Origin: a virus
Taxonomy: Duplodnaviria > Caudoviricetes
DNA length: 64,000 nt
IMG/VR virus record: IMGVR_UViG_3300013713_000001
Span: 32,001 to 96,000 of that record
Direction: 5' to 3' (one strand)
The translations under genes were made by a program, and so were the position numbers. Shown here piece after piece: positions 20,121-29,618 of this stretch (position 1 is the first letter of the stretch; every line of letters begins with the position of its first letter). The notes under the pieces were generated by a model. The model saw nothing but the letters and a program-made list of their open reading frames with translations, searched no databases and was not told the DNA's origin.

Positions 20121-20789
20121 TTAGAGTTTTTCCCGAATGACCCGGTAGAACACGATCTCAAAATCGCGGGCTGAGTAATCGTAGCATTTATCTGGAATAG
20201 AAGGGTCCCTGGAATATTTGTTAGGATACCACTCAATACGATCAGTGGCTTCTTTCCTGAAGTGCTTATTAGCCGCCCTCTCGGACGCTGCGTGGTAGGT
20301 ATTTTCAATCGGGTAGAAGGGTAAGGCATTGCGATACCAGGTAATCCACTCCCCAGAGATCGCGTAGCGGTTACCGTGGGGGGTATGTGTCACCAGCAGC
20401 ACTTCAGGTTCAGGAATCTTGGATGCGTTCAACTGATCGCAGTATGTCTGAAGAACGCTGATCGCACCGCGGAACCCGGCCATAGGGTCCATGGAGCTGT
20501 CTAGCCTAATAGTTCTCGTCAAGACCTGGAGATCCTCTACAGTCCCTCCTTTATTGGGTCCCAGTCGTAGCCCTACAAAGATCGACGAACCATGCGAGGA
20601 AATACGGAACCCGCCTACCTCAACAATAGAGTCGATAGTGACTGCGACGCGTTCAGCGATAGGTTCGTAGAGCTCCTTATGGCGCTTGTGCAGTTCCAGC
20701 AGTAACCCAAGGAACTCATCGAACTTGTCGTACAGTTCCTTCGGTGGTTCAAGATAGCGTGGTGTTGGGATATTTCCTTCCAGAGACAT
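20121..20789 (-). CDS. Hypothetical protein
   Basis: 222-aa ORF. Confidence 0.7.
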   Translation of the reverse strand: MSLEGNIPTPRYLEPPKELYDKFDEFLGLLLELHKRHKELYEPIAERVAVTIDSIVEVGGFRISSHGSSIFVGLRLGPNKGGTVEDLQVLTRTIRLDSSMDPMAGFRGAISVLQTYCDQLNASKIPEPEVLLVTHTPHGNRYAISGEWITWYRNALPFYPIENTYHAASERAANKHFRKEATDRIEWYPNKYSRDPSIPDKCYDYSARDFEIVFYRVIREKL

Positions 20790-20790
20790 G

Positions 20791-21180
20791 TTAAACGTTC
20801 TCCCCTTCGCTCTGTTGAGTGTTTTTCTCTAACCAGTAGTCTCGGTAGGCTACGGTTACGATCATGCGCCGTAGCGCCGTTTTGATGTGGTCAATGCGCT
20901 TCTTCTTCTCCATCGCCACACGGGGAGAGAGATCAAGGGTCACCTTGCGGTTACCATCTACGGTGGTGACCTTTAGTCCTCCGACATAATCCTTAGCCGG
21001 AAGGGTCATGACTTGGAAATGCAACTCGTCTCCAGTACGAGTCACGTTAACTTGATAGCTCTTGGGCCAATAGATGTCTGACCTGTACTCGCACTTGTCC
21101 AGGAACAGACCCAAAGCTTCAACCGTCTCAGCGGCCGACAGTTGAGGGTAACCTACTTTGTCTACTGCTTGCATGTGCAA
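20791..21180 (-). CDS. Hypothetical protein
   Basis: 129-aa ORF. Confidence 0.65.
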   Translation of the reverse strand: MHMQAVDKVGYPQLSAAETVEALGLFLDKCEYRSDIYWPKSYQVNVTRTGDELHFQVMTLPAKDYVGGLKVTTVDGNRKVTLDLSPRVAMEKKKRIDHIKTALRRMIVTVAYRDYWLEKNTQQSEGENV

Positions 21181-21191
21181 ATCCTTATTGC

Positions 21192-21497
21192 TTAGATAAC
21201 ACGAAAAGAGAAGAGATGGGTCAGGAAGCCAAAGATCCGGGACTCAAGCGAAGGAGGCTCAACCAGCACTACTCGCAAATCCGAAACAAGGGTCGCGCAA
21301 AACTTAAGCCGTAGCTTGTTGAACGCGATACAGTTCTTTAAGGCCATGGCCTTAAAGCAACTAACAGGATGAAGCCTATCTGCAAGCTCCTTCTCCAGGA
21401 TACGAATGTTACTGTTGTACCTCAGGATATCCCTTCGTAACTGCTCTACCAGCTTTGAACAACTCTCTGCTTCTTCTTCAGACATTAACACCAACAT
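21192..21497 (-). CDS. Hypothetical protein
   Basis: 101-aa ORF after promoter. Confidence 0.6.
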   Translation of the reverse strand: MLVLMSEEEAESCSKLVEQLRRDILRYNSNIRILEKELADRLHPVSCFKAMALKNCIAFNKLRLKFCATLVSDLRVVLVEPPSLESRIFGFLTHLFSFRVI

Positions 21498-21553
21498 GCT
21501 ACTTACCTATTGTTAATTATTAAGCGCCCATCACCGGGACGATTATCCAGCCA

Positions 21554-21564
21554 GTAATATAGAT
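21554..21564 (-). promoter_or_regulatory. Early promoter
   Basis: ATCTATATTAC on - strand, intergenic. Confidence 0.7.
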
Positions 21565-21592
21565 ACGTAATTCGGTTCAATAAAAATGAATG

Positions 21593-21620
21593 CCCTACTA
21601 GCCCGTGAAGGCTAGTAGGG
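21593..21620 (-). terminator. Terminator hairpin
   Basis: CCCTACTAGCC/GGCTAGTAGGG stem, T-rich downstream on - strand. Confidence 0.75.
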
Positions 21621-21633
21621 TTAATTCGTCAAG

Positions 21634-21831
21634 TTATTTTGCCACGTAGGTCGGCTTGGGGAGTCCAAGGAAATGGTTCTCGATGGCTTGTTCCAGCCAG
21701 TCACGATGACCTTGCTCCCCGTGAGCGATAGAGCCGAACAGTTCAGTGATCCGGCTCAATGCTTCCTTTGTCTCCTGGCAATCACTGCGATCGATCAGGA
21801 CCTGCAAATGGTCTTTCAGTGCTGTAGACAT
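21634..21831 (-). CDS. Small hypothetical phage protein
   Basis: MSTALK start with GAGG RBS; IAHGEQGHRDWLEQAIENHF. Confidence 0.6.
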   Translation of the reverse strand: MSTALKDHLQVLIDRSDCQETKEALSRITELFGSIAHGEQGHRDWLEQAIENHFLGLPKPTYVAK

Positions 21832-21866
21832 TGTGCTTCCTCGAGCTAAGGGTGTCCTTAGTATGC

Positions 21867-22070
21867 TTAGAGGAACGGAAACGACAACGCCATGCCAAGC
21901 ACGACACAACCAAGAGGCCCGAGTCGTGTAACCACCACAGCGAACAGGTAACCGATAAGGAACAGGAAGGGTCCGCGTGACCCTGACTGAATACCGAGTA
22001 CCAGTATGAAGATCACCGACACTATCACGACAGCTTGCGTCAATCGAGTCTTGGCGGCTTCAGTAATCAT
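21867..22070 (-). CDS. Small membrane protein
   Basis: 67 aa, almost entirely hydrophobic helices. Confidence 0.6.
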   Translation of the reverse strand: MITEAAKTRLTQAVVIVSVIFILVLGIQSGSRGPFLFLIGYLFAVVVTRLGPLGCVVLGMALSFPFL

Positions 22071-22387
22071 TTGTCTTCGATTACTCCGCGCAGGTCGGTC
22101 GGGACTTCACCGAACTCTGGCAGCGGGACGCCCGGACGACGGTGAGTCGGGATCCGCATGTCCGTCAGGTAGCCTTCGATCTCTTCCCGGTCACTGACTA
22201 CCATGAAGGGATCGTTGGTGTGACCCTGGTTATTCACGAGGGTGCAGCGATCTTCGAAAGATAACTTTTCCAGATCGAGCTTTTCCCGCGGGTTAAAGAA
22301 GAACCCAGGCAGTGCACTGAGCTCATTGTTCGTTCGTCTTGCCATATCCTTTATTTTGAAACCTAACGTAGAAATGATACTTGCCAT
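22067..22387 (-). CDS. Hypothetical protein
   Basis: MASIIS start with AGGAG RBS. Confidence 0.65.
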   Translation of the reverse strand: MASIISTLGFKIKDMARRTNNELSALPGFFFNPREKLDLEKLSFEDRCTLVNNQGHTNDPFMVVSDREEIEGYLTDMRIPTHRRPGVPLPEFGEVPTDLRGVIEDK

Positions 22388-22397
22388 ACAGGACTCC

Positions 22398-22802
22398 TTA
22401 AAAGGGGAACCGTGACCCAAATACACGAACCACCCAAAGCTTGGGCGTTCTCTGCAGTACTGCTACTTCATCAACCAGCCAATTGTTAGAGAAGGTCTGT
22501 AAGATGTCATGATTCTCAGCCATCAGTTCAGACAGCAATGCCTCTGCATCGAGCGCAGCCGCTTCTACAGCGTCTTCCAGATCATCTGGACACCCTCGCT
22601 CCTCTAATAACTCATACGCTCTTGAAGCGTAGGATTCTTCCATGTAGCAACCAGCAACGCCGTCATCCATGATCTCGCCGAAATCGCGAATTACCGACTT
22701 CAGCATCCCTTCAACAATGGTTACCGCTTCATCACTGGGCGCGACAGTTGAGTTGCACCTGAGAAGCACCAACGGGGTTTCGTCTAAGAGGTCTTTCATC
22801 AT
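22398..22802 (-). CDS. Acidic hypothetical protein
   Basis: MMKDLL start with GGAG RBS. Confidence 0.65.
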   Translation of the reverse strand: MMKDLLDETPLVLLRCNSTVAPSDEAVTIVEGMLKSVIRDFGEIMDDGVAGCYMEESYASRAYELLEERGCPDDLEDAVEAAALDAEALLSELMAENHDILQTFSNNWLVDEVAVLQRTPKLWVVRVFGSRFPF

Positions 22803-22818
22803 GGAAGTCTCCGGTCGT

Positions 22819-23298
22819 TTATTGGTTAGCTTCAAGTTCCTTAACCCGTCGTTCCAGAGCAGCGTTAGCAGCCAGCGCTTTTTCCAGGTGACGGGACAGC
22901 CAGCGAATGCGTTCTTTGCCAGCGGTAAGATAGGCGATGTCCATGATCTCACCTTTCATCAGTCGCTCATGCTTTTCACGGTCAGAGGGGTTGCCGTACA
23001 TGAAGACTGCGTTCGCAAGCTCGTCGTCTGTGTAGCTCCCCATCATCAGCTCACCCCGTTCTTTGTCGATCAAGTCGGGGTGGTAATCCGGCTCCCCTTG
23101 CTTCGACCAGTTCGACGAAGGTGTAGAGGGGCTGTTCAGCTCGGAGATACCCAAGTGCTGGATAACCTTACCAAACATCTCCCGCATCGAGGGTTCTTTG
23201 GGTTGCATGGTGCCCAGGGCCTGCTGAATGCGGTGCTGGACTTGTGCTTCGGTGTAAACAGTTTCACCACGGACGGAATAACGACGCTTGAGATCCAT
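22819..23298 (-). CDS. Hypothetical protein with Ead/Ea22-associated-like segment
   Basis: TDDELANAVF..YLTAGKERIRWLSR motif recalled from temperate-phage accessory proteins. Confidence 0.5.
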   Translation of the reverse strand: MDLKRRYSVRGETVYTEAQVQHRIQQALGTMQPKEPSMREMFGKVIQHLGISELNSPSTPSSNWSKQGEPDYHPDLIDKERGELMMGSYTDDELANAVFMYGNPSDREKHERLMKGEIMDIAYLTAGKERIRWLSRHLEKALAANAALERRVKELEANQ

Positions 23299-23308
23299 AC
23301 TTTACCTA

Positions 23309-23920
23309 TTAACGGAATTGAGAAAGGGAGTTGTTACTTTTAAACGGCTGTTCTTTAGGACCTTCCACCCACTCATAGCGGACGGTATCGGGTCCCGCAC
23401 TTTCCAAGCCAAGCCTGCGATCGCCAAACGGATGGATCATTCGTGTTTTGGCTTTGTTCGTGTTGTAGACCTTAACTTCACCCAAGCGCTCCATCTGGAC
23501 CTTATCCAGAATGCACCACTCGCCGGTCACAATGGCATCCCACACCACACGGTCATCTGTGAGTGTGGTGTTGGTGATAATCCGCTCGTTTCCCTTGAAT
23601 ACGGGTGAGTAAACCGAGAGGTTCATCCAGGGAAGGTTTTCTTCCTCAAACAACTTAGCGACGTTTGGAAAGATCCCAATAAAGCAGCCTTCGATGCTCC
23701 CGCCTACCGAGATACGGGTAATGGATGGTTCTGGGTAGGGGAACTTGTCCTTGTCAGGAATCTCCTCTTGACCTTCAAGATCTGACCCGTCGGGTTCCCG
23801 AGGGGTCCAGACCCCTTCTAGATCGTCTCGGAAGCTTAGGTGGTACAGCCTGGGCAGAGGAACACTGCGCGACCGTACGCTCCGAATGTCCTTCGACGTA
23901 TTGCTTTTCCAGACTGTCAT
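23309..23920 (-). CDS. Putative ADP-ribosyltransferase-like fold protein
   Basis: LYHLS ... RISVGGSIEGC ... TGEW motif spacing; family call tentative. Confidence 0.4.
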   Translation of the reverse strand: MTVWKSNTSKDIRSVRSRSVPLPRLYHLSFRDDLEGVWTPREPDGSDLEGQEEIPDKDKFPYPEPSITRISVGGSIEGCFIGIFPNVAKLFEEENLPWMNLSVYSPVFKGNERIITNTTLTDDRVVWDAIVTGEWCILDKVQMERLGEVKVYNTNKAKTRMIHPFGDRRLGLESAGPDTVRYEWVEGPKEQPFKSNNSLSQFR

Positions 23921-24705
23921 GACCGACGGCCTCGACCCCGACCCTCTTCCCAGACCCGCAAGGAGTAACCGCGAGCAATATGCTTGGCGGGGTACTGGTT
24001 AAGGTTGATGTGCCAGCAGTAGTTGTTACCACTGAGGATGTTGCGATCAGGGTTGTCTGGGTACAGGTAAAGTTTCAGGCTGACCTGCACTCCTTTAGTG
24101 TGCCAGACCTGGTACTGGATCTCGGTGGGTTCATCAAAGCCCACGTAAAACAGCTTATAGAACAGGTCCGGAAGCATCTGGACAAAGGCGTTGAACCCTT
24201 CGCTTTCTTTCTCCAGGGCATTGCCATAGAGCGTTGCTACTGCTGCTCCCGTGCTGTCGACGACCTGAGGAACTTCCAGGGTAAACGCCAGGTCATCAAC
24301 AATGAAGAGGAACGTTGTTCCCTCCTCGGTTCCCACCGTGATCATGCGGAAGGCTGTGGGGTCTTTGCGATCCTCGATCACAGAGTACAGCGTTAGCGGG
24401 GCTTTCAGTGTGAGGGTTGCCAGATTACTTCCCTCATTGCTTGGTTGGGGAAGTCCGGTGTTCATGTCAATCACCAGTTCCCGCTCACCCTCATCTTCCC
24501 AGACCGGCGGTGACGTTACAAAGGAACCCTTGAGCTCAGGAAGTACAAGACCTTGAGCCACATTGGGCGCTGTCAGCTCAAACGCTACAGTGAACTGATC
24601 GATGTCCTTTACATGGATAGGGGGATTCGGAACCAGTGGACGGGTGCTGTCGAGTGAACGCTTGTCACCCTTGATAAAGCCGCTGACAATATTCGCGTTG
24701 TTCAT
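23917..24705 (-). CDS. Hypothetical protein
   Basis: 262-aa ORF. Confidence 0.7.
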   Translation of the reverse strand: MNNANIVSGFIKGDKRSLDSTRPLVPNPPIHVKDIDQFTVAFELTAPNVAQGLVLPELKGSFVTSPPVWEDEGERELVIDMNTGLPQPSNEGSNLATLTLKAPLTLYSVIEDRKDPTAFRMITVGTEEGTTFLFIVDDLAFTLEVPQVVDSTGAAVATLYGNALEKESEGFNAFVQMLPDLFYKLFYVGFDEPTEIQYQVWHTKGVQVSLKLYLYPDNPDRNILSGNNYCWHINLNQYPAKHIARGYSLRVWEEGRGRGRRS

Positions 24706-24707
24706 AA

Positions 24708-25163
24708 TTAGCTCCAGCGAGGTTCTTTAGTGAGAAGGGCTTTCAGTGGAAAATTCTTGTGCAACGGGTTGGCTTTCAACAGGTCTTCAAAGGCAGCGAA
24801 CTCAACGGGGTTCAGGATAAAGGTAGGGCCATTATCCACCAGGTTACGGATATCCCGAATCTCTTCCATTGTGTAGCGCGGACCTTGTGGGGTAAAGTTC
24901 ATCCCCAGGTTGTCGTCATCGACAAGTGCCAAGTTTGTGATCATTGGGGTATTGGCATAACCCCGTCCAATCAACACACCCCTGTCAACAGGGGTTACGA
25001 TCCAGGCGCCTTTGCTGCCGCCATGAAACGTTAATTCATCATGGTAGTTCAGCATGCTGTGCGGTGCCAGCCAATCAAGAAGCCTGACCTTTCGACCAAT
25101 GTTTGCTTTGACTGGATTACTTTCATTGATAAAGACTTCCGTACCTTTAACGTGTCTAAGCAT
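24708..25163 (-). CDS. Hypothetical protein
   Basis: Likely start MLRHVK (AAGGA RBS), avoiding overlap with GNAT gene. Confidence 0.6.
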   Translation of the reverse strand: MLRHVKGTEVFINESNPVKANIGRKVRLLDWLAPHSMLNYHDELTFHGGSKGAWIVTPVDRGVLIGRGYANTPMITNLALVDDDNLGMNFTPQGPRYTMEEIRDIRNLVDNGPTFILNPVEFAAFEDLLKANPLHKNFPLKALLTKEPRWS

Positions 25164-25179
25164 GGCGCTGTCCTTTGGT

Positions 25180-25650
25180 TTAGTAGCTAACCAGTGCATC
25201 TTCCATTGTTGCAAGGATGTAGGGGTACTCTCCCTCTTCTTCATAAAGCTTGAGGGTAAAGCCTGCCGACTTATAGAAACGACGGGCAGCGGCATTTCCA
25301 GGTGTAACAATAACAAAAATAGGTTCCGGTGAAATAGACTTGAAGACTTCAATCAAGCGACGCCCATAACCTTGGCCGCGGTGGTCACTGTGAATAACCA
25401 ACTTATCGACTTCATTAAGAACGCCGGTGTTGTTGGCAATGAACCCCACAATGGTTTCGCCGACGTAAGCGAACACGATATCTTCCAGCTTGCTGAAAGC
25501 CGAATCCAGTAGTCCTTCGTGTCCACCGTAATGCAGTGCAATGTGTTCGAGGAATGGTTTCTCAATTACCCACAGGTCATCCAGCATCTGGCGGATAAAG
25601 GCTTCTTGTTCTTTTGTAAGTTCAGACTTCTTAACAATGCGCGTGTACAT
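25180..25650 (-). CDS. GNAT-family acetyltransferase
   Basis: HRGQGYGRRL acetyl-CoA motif A; NAAARRFYKSAGF motif B. Confidence 0.85.
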   Translation of the reverse strand: MYTRIVKKSELTKEQEAFIRQMLDDLWVIEKPFLEHIALHYGGHEGLLDSAFSKLEDIVFAYVGETIVGFIANNTGVLNEVDKLVIHSDHRGQGYGRRLIEVFKSISPEPIFVIVTPGNAAARRFYKSAGFTLKLYEEEGEYPYILATMEDALVSY

Positions 25651-25722
25651 GGTGCTCTCTATCCCTTGTTTATAAAACCTAGGGGATTCACCCTAGGCTT
25701 CCTTCAGTCTTCAGCGGAATTA

Positions 25723-26430
25723 TCAGCCCTTTAATACCATACCTTCGCCAGTAAAGTAGAACTTGTCTCTTAACGCCGTTTCAGCCTTTTCTGCAGCGTG
25801 TTGCATGGCGTAATCAACGAGTTCCACAAGAGTTCCGATATCACCATTACTAGACGTCATCCGGAACTTAGGGCGGTTAGCGGAACCCAGGGAATACTGC
25901 TTGGCCGAAGCCTTTGTGGTACACAAGGTTGTTAGCGAGTCATGCGCACTCTTTCCATGGAAGCCATTTCTGAACAGCTTTGTTTTGCTATTGAACGGGA
26001 CCTCTAGTGTTTGTGCGGCAAACATTTCCGAGTAATACATAGACGACCTACGATAGATGTTCCACGGATCCAGAATGGTCCGCTGGATACGGTCCATGTC
26101 CTCCTTCGTGGGTGCCTTTCCGTTCGTGAGTTTGTTGGCCCTCCGGAGCGCTAGCAGGTGTTCAGTAAAGTTAAAGAAGTGACTACGGTACGCTGGGGTG
26201 AACGCACTGATCATGTTTACGTCAGTTCGATTCTGGATAAGTATGCGGTCGGCCGGGAAACAGTTCCAGACCTCACTGTCGACGTCAGCACGGATCATGT
26301 TCGAAAAGGTAAAGATGATTGCCTGTCCGACCATCACCGCCATACGTCGATAACCGACTTCAAAGCTAAGCCCGATGTAGGGGCTTTCTTCAGTAAAGAA
26401 CTTGGGCGGGAGTGGGGTAGAGATGCTCAT
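25723..26430 (-). CDS. Hypothetical early protein
   Basis: 235-aa ORF after promoter, GAGG RBS. Confidence 0.7.
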   Translation of the reverse strand: MSISTPLPPKFFTEESPYIGLSFEVGYRRMAVMVGQAIIFTFSNMIRADVDSEVWNCFPADRILIQNRTDVNMISAFTPAYRSHFFNFTEHLLALRRANKLTNGKAPTKEDMDRIQRTILDPWNIYRRSSMYYSEMFAAQTLEVPFNSKTKLFRNGFHGKSAHDSLTTLCTTKASAKQYSLGSANRPKFRMTSSNGDIGTLVELVDYAMQHAAEKAETALRDKFYFTGEGMVLKG

Positions 26431-26478
26431 GGGTAATTCCTCAAAGGTAGATGTACAGTCGGATGACTACACAACCTG

Positions 26479-26489
26479 GTAATATAGGT
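26479..26489 (-). promoter_or_regulatory. Early promoter
   Basis: ACCTATATTAC with T-rich upstream. Confidence 0.85.
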
Positions 26490-26519
26490 TTTAAAAGAAA
26501 TAGAAAAAAAAAGACATAG

Positions 26520-26548
26520 CTAAGGTAGGGGCAATGCCCCTACCTTAG
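26520..26548 (-). terminator. Terminator hairpin
   Basis: CTAAGGTAGGGGC/GCCCCTACCTTAG followed by CTATGTC and T-run on - strand. Confidence 0.8.
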
Positions 26549-26556
26549 TTCAGTGC

Positions 26557-27108
26557 TTAAGCTTCAGCTTGCTCGTACTGCAGGTCGAGGATCTTGAAGA
26601 AGGTCTCGTAGTCCATCCAGCCTTCACGTAGGCGCGAGGTATCGAACAGAGCACCGCCCGAGAGGTCATCCAGGATGGCGCGAGTCGTCACCGCCCCGTC
26701 CTCGTAGAAGATCCCGGTCTCGAGGGTGTAGGGTGATGGGAAAATGCCCTTGAACGTGAAGGTCTCCGGGAACTTGTCGATACCCTCACGCCGCAGGACT
26801 TTGACGGTGATCAGTGCTGCCTGGTTGCCCATGTGCATGACCGTGTCGAACGCCATGCGCTCGTTCTTTTGAACGAACCCTTCCAGGAGCCCATTACGGC
26901 AGCGGTCCCGCCAGTTGACCGGGTCCTGCAGGTAGTGGTTCAGGGTGAAGTGCAGAACAGTGGCTTGTTCCGTCTCACTCTTGAACGGGATGTTGTGCCC
27001 CCGCAGGCGCAGTGCGTTGGCCACGGCACCGCAGTGGAAGTTTGGACGACCAAGGATCTCGATCAGGTCATCGTCCAGAGCCGGAAGTTGTTTGATAGTC
27101 TCGTTCAT
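26557..27108 (-). CDS. Hypothetical protein
   Basis: N-terminal LIEILGRPNF.C...EQATVLHF segment. Confidence 0.65.
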   Translation of the reverse strand: MNETIKQLPALDDDLIEILGRPNFHCGAVANALRLRGHNIPFKSETEQATVLHFTLNHYLQDPVNWRDRCRNGLLEGFVQKNERMAFDTVMHMGNQAALITVKVLRREGIDKFPETFTFKGIFPSPYTLETGIFYEDGAVTTRAILDDLSGGALFDTSRLREGWMDYETFFKILDLQYEQAEA

Positions 27109-27181
27109 ATCAGATTCCAAAAATAAAGAAAGGGGGTAGACCTAAGCGGTGTTACCCGCTTAGGCTATTACAGAGTGCTGC

Positions 27182-28171
27182 TTACTTCTTTTTCTTCTTG
27201 CCGTCTTTCGGAGCCTGTTCCTTCACCTTGGCAGCTTTCGCTTTCGAAGGCTTCTCCTGGCCGAGCTCGTGAGCGCGTTCACGAACCGACTGCAGGGTAC
27301 GTTGCAGGTTTTCGGTGTTCTTCCTGCGGTCTTCTTCGCTGACGACCACCGCCTTTTCCGAACGCTTCTTCTGAGCAGGCTTGAACTGCGCAGCTTTGTC
27401 CATGATGAGGCCGGTGATCTTGTGGTTCAGCTTGCCCTGGCCGGCCTTGGCGCGCTTGAACGCGTCTTGGTAGTACTCAGGGTAGGTGGCGAAGTCGAAA
27501 TCGTGGCAGAAGCCGCCGATGCTCAGCACGGTCTTCGAAACGTCGTCCGAGTAGAAGAACAGTTTTGCCGGGACCTTCGTGGTATCGTTGCGCTCACCGC
27601 TGGACAGCTGCAGTTCGATGACTTCTTCTTTGCCGCAGACCGACCGGATCAGTTCCCAGAAGAACCGCGCTTTCGGGTACAGGCGGTCCGCCGACTTGTG
27701 GAAGGTTTCCTTGCCGCGAGCCAGGTTGTTCACCAGCAGGCCGACGACCGCTTCCTTGGCGTTGGTGGTCGCACCCGCGATGTAGAAGCCGAACTGCTTC
27801 TGACCAGGCATGAGGGTGAAGTAGGTGCGCGACGTGGCATGGATGACGAGGATCTTGTAATCCAGTTCCTTGCTCACGAAGGTCGAAGCACCGAGGATTT
27901 CACCTTCGATGAGGACGTCACGGATACGGCCCTTGACGTTTTTCCCGAAGACCAGCTGGCCGGTGACGGCGTCGAAGGGAACCATGCGTTCTTGCTTCTG
28001 ACCGAGCTCGGCTTCGGTGGCACCGGAGGCCAGGAGGTCTGCACGGTTGAATTCGATCACGGGACCGAAGAGAGGACCGTTCTTCACGATGCTGAGGACC
28101 GGGGTCTTGGCAGGCTCAGCAGTAACAGCGGCATCAGCTTTCTTGGAAACAGCAACATTAACGTCTTTCAT
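27182..28171 (-). CDS. Probably abundant hypothetical protein with Lys-rich tail
   Basis: Start MKDVNV (AAGGA RBS); strong C/G-ending codon bias; ends KKKK. Confidence 0.75.
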   Translation of the reverse strand: MKDVNVAVSKKADAAVTAEPAKTPVLSIVKNGPLFGPVIEFNRADLLASGATEAELGQKQERMVPFDAVTGQLVFGKNVKGRIRDVLIEGEILGASTFVSKELDYKILVIHATSRTYFTLMPGQKQFGFYIAGATTNAKEAVVGLLVNNLARGKETFHKSADRLYPKARFFWELIRSVCGKEEVIELQLSSGERNDTTKVPAKLFFYSDDVSKTVLSIGGFCHDFDFATYPEYYQDAFKRAKAGQGKLNHKITGLIMDKAAQFKPAQKKRSEKAVVVSEEDRRKNTENLQRTLQSVRERAHELGQEKPSKAKAAKVKEQAPKDGKKKKK

Positions 28172-28214
28172 CGGGAGTTCCTTCCTAGTTAGGGTGTACT
28201 TGTAGCAACACTTG

Positions 28215-28964
28215 TTAGTCGGCTTTTTGTTGGGGTCTACCGAAATAGCCCCGTTGGATTTGCTCAGAGGGGTAGCTGTCCAGGTCCAGGTGATGAACCC
28301 AACCACACACACTGATCATGTTGTTCTTGCTATTCTTACTGTCAACGTAAATCCGTACACTTACCGCGGTGTCACCAAAACTCTTCACCGTGAATTGGTT
28401 GATCAAGAGATCATCGCTGATGCACTTGAACAACCCGCTGAACAGCCCTGGGATAGGGTCTACCGTGCGATTGAATACCGACGAACCTTTGTTAAGGCTG
28501 TTGGCATACAGGTTCAGCACGCCTTCTTTAAGATCCACCGAACTCTGGCAGATAATGAAGTAGTAACCGCTGCTCTCTCGGCAGATGGCAAAGTACGTCT
28601 GATTCGTCGTACCGATCACCGCAATGCGGAGATTGCGATCCACCGCTTTCAACACAGCATACATGATGATGGGGTCTTCGAACGGCATCATCAAGTTGCT
28701 TTTGCTTGCCCGGTAAGATGGCTTACCGGTTACAACGTCAACACACAAGTACCGGCGTGCGTCGCCCGCTACGAATGACGGCATCAAGCCGAGCTCATCA
28801 CCAATAACGGCATGGAAATCCTTGCCGTGTACAAGTGCATTGATTTCGAATTCGACTTCAAACTCAACTTTAGCTTCGTTCATGATAGCGAGCACCGGTT
28901 CAGGAAAGCGCTTACGAACTGTTACAGATTGAATCGACGGGACAGCGGCTTGAAGGAGGGACAT
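28215..28964 (-). CDS. Hypothetical protein
   Basis: 249-aa ORF. Confidence 0.7.
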   Translation of the reverse strand: MSLLQAAVPSIQSVTVRKRFPEPVLAIMNEAKVEFEVEFEINALVHGKDFHAVIGDELGLMPSFVAGDARRYLCVDVVTGKPSYRASKSNLMMPFEDPIIMYAVLKAVDRNLRIAVIGTTNQTYFAICRESSGYYFIICQSSVDLKEGVLNLYANSLNKGSSVFNRTVDPIPGLFSGLFKCISDDLLINQFTVKSFGDTAVSVRIYVDSKNSKNNMISVCGWVHHLDLDSYPSEQIQRGYFGRPQQKAD

Positions 28965-28973
28965 AAGAGCTCC

Positions 28974-29594
28974 TTACCGAAGGCATTGTTTGTGCACCTC
29001 GGCAATAGGATGTGTAAAAAGTGAAACTTTACGGGACTGCTCTTTGTCCAGGGTGCTTGATACAAGCAACTCACCGGGGCAACCGCGAGACCATGCAAGC
29101 TCGGCGACGTAGTGTTCGCCCGTTTGCTTAAACATACCCTCTACCGTAAAGGACTGATTAATTTGTTCCGTTAAGAAGTACGCAAGGATCAAGTGTGCGA
29201 CGCTGGCATAAAAGGCGCTGTGGGACGCACGCTCGTCCAGAACCAAACCGCAGAAAAGGTTCTTGATAGCCTGCGCGAACGATTGACTTGGAGTGTCAAA
29301 GATTACCGTTTCGCGCTTGACTCTACCAAACCAATAGTACCGGGTCTGGGATCGATCTGACATGCACACAAGGGTGCCCAGTTCTGTGTGGAGTACACCG
29401 TAGAAGTTCATTCCGGAACTCAAGCCCGGGCGAACGGTGATCCAACGGGGCAACTCCACCTCACCTGGGGGTAGCCCAACGACCAGCCGTTTATAGGCCG
29501 TCTGGGGCATTCCCGTGCTGCGGTCGAGCTTAATGGCTCCGGTTGTGTAGAACGATAAATCCATGGATGTTGCGATATAGCCAAATTTGAACAT
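28974..29594 (-). CDS. Hypothetical protein, possible paralog of 28215
   Basis: 206-aa ORF; D..TG.P and INQ(S)FTV shared. Confidence 0.65.
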   Translation of the reverse strand: MFKFGYIATSMDLSFYTTGAIKLDRSTGMPQTAYKRLVVGLPPGEVELPRWITVRPGLSSGMNFYGVLHTELGTLVCMSDRSQTRYYWFGRVKRETVIFDTPSQSFAQAIKNLFCGLVLDERASHSAFYASVAHLILAYFLTEQINQSFTVEGMFKQTGEHYVAELAWSRGCPGELLVSSTLDKEQSRKVSLFTHPIAEVHKQCLR

Positions 29595-29618
29595 AGTACA
29601 ATCCCCGTGACGCTAAAA

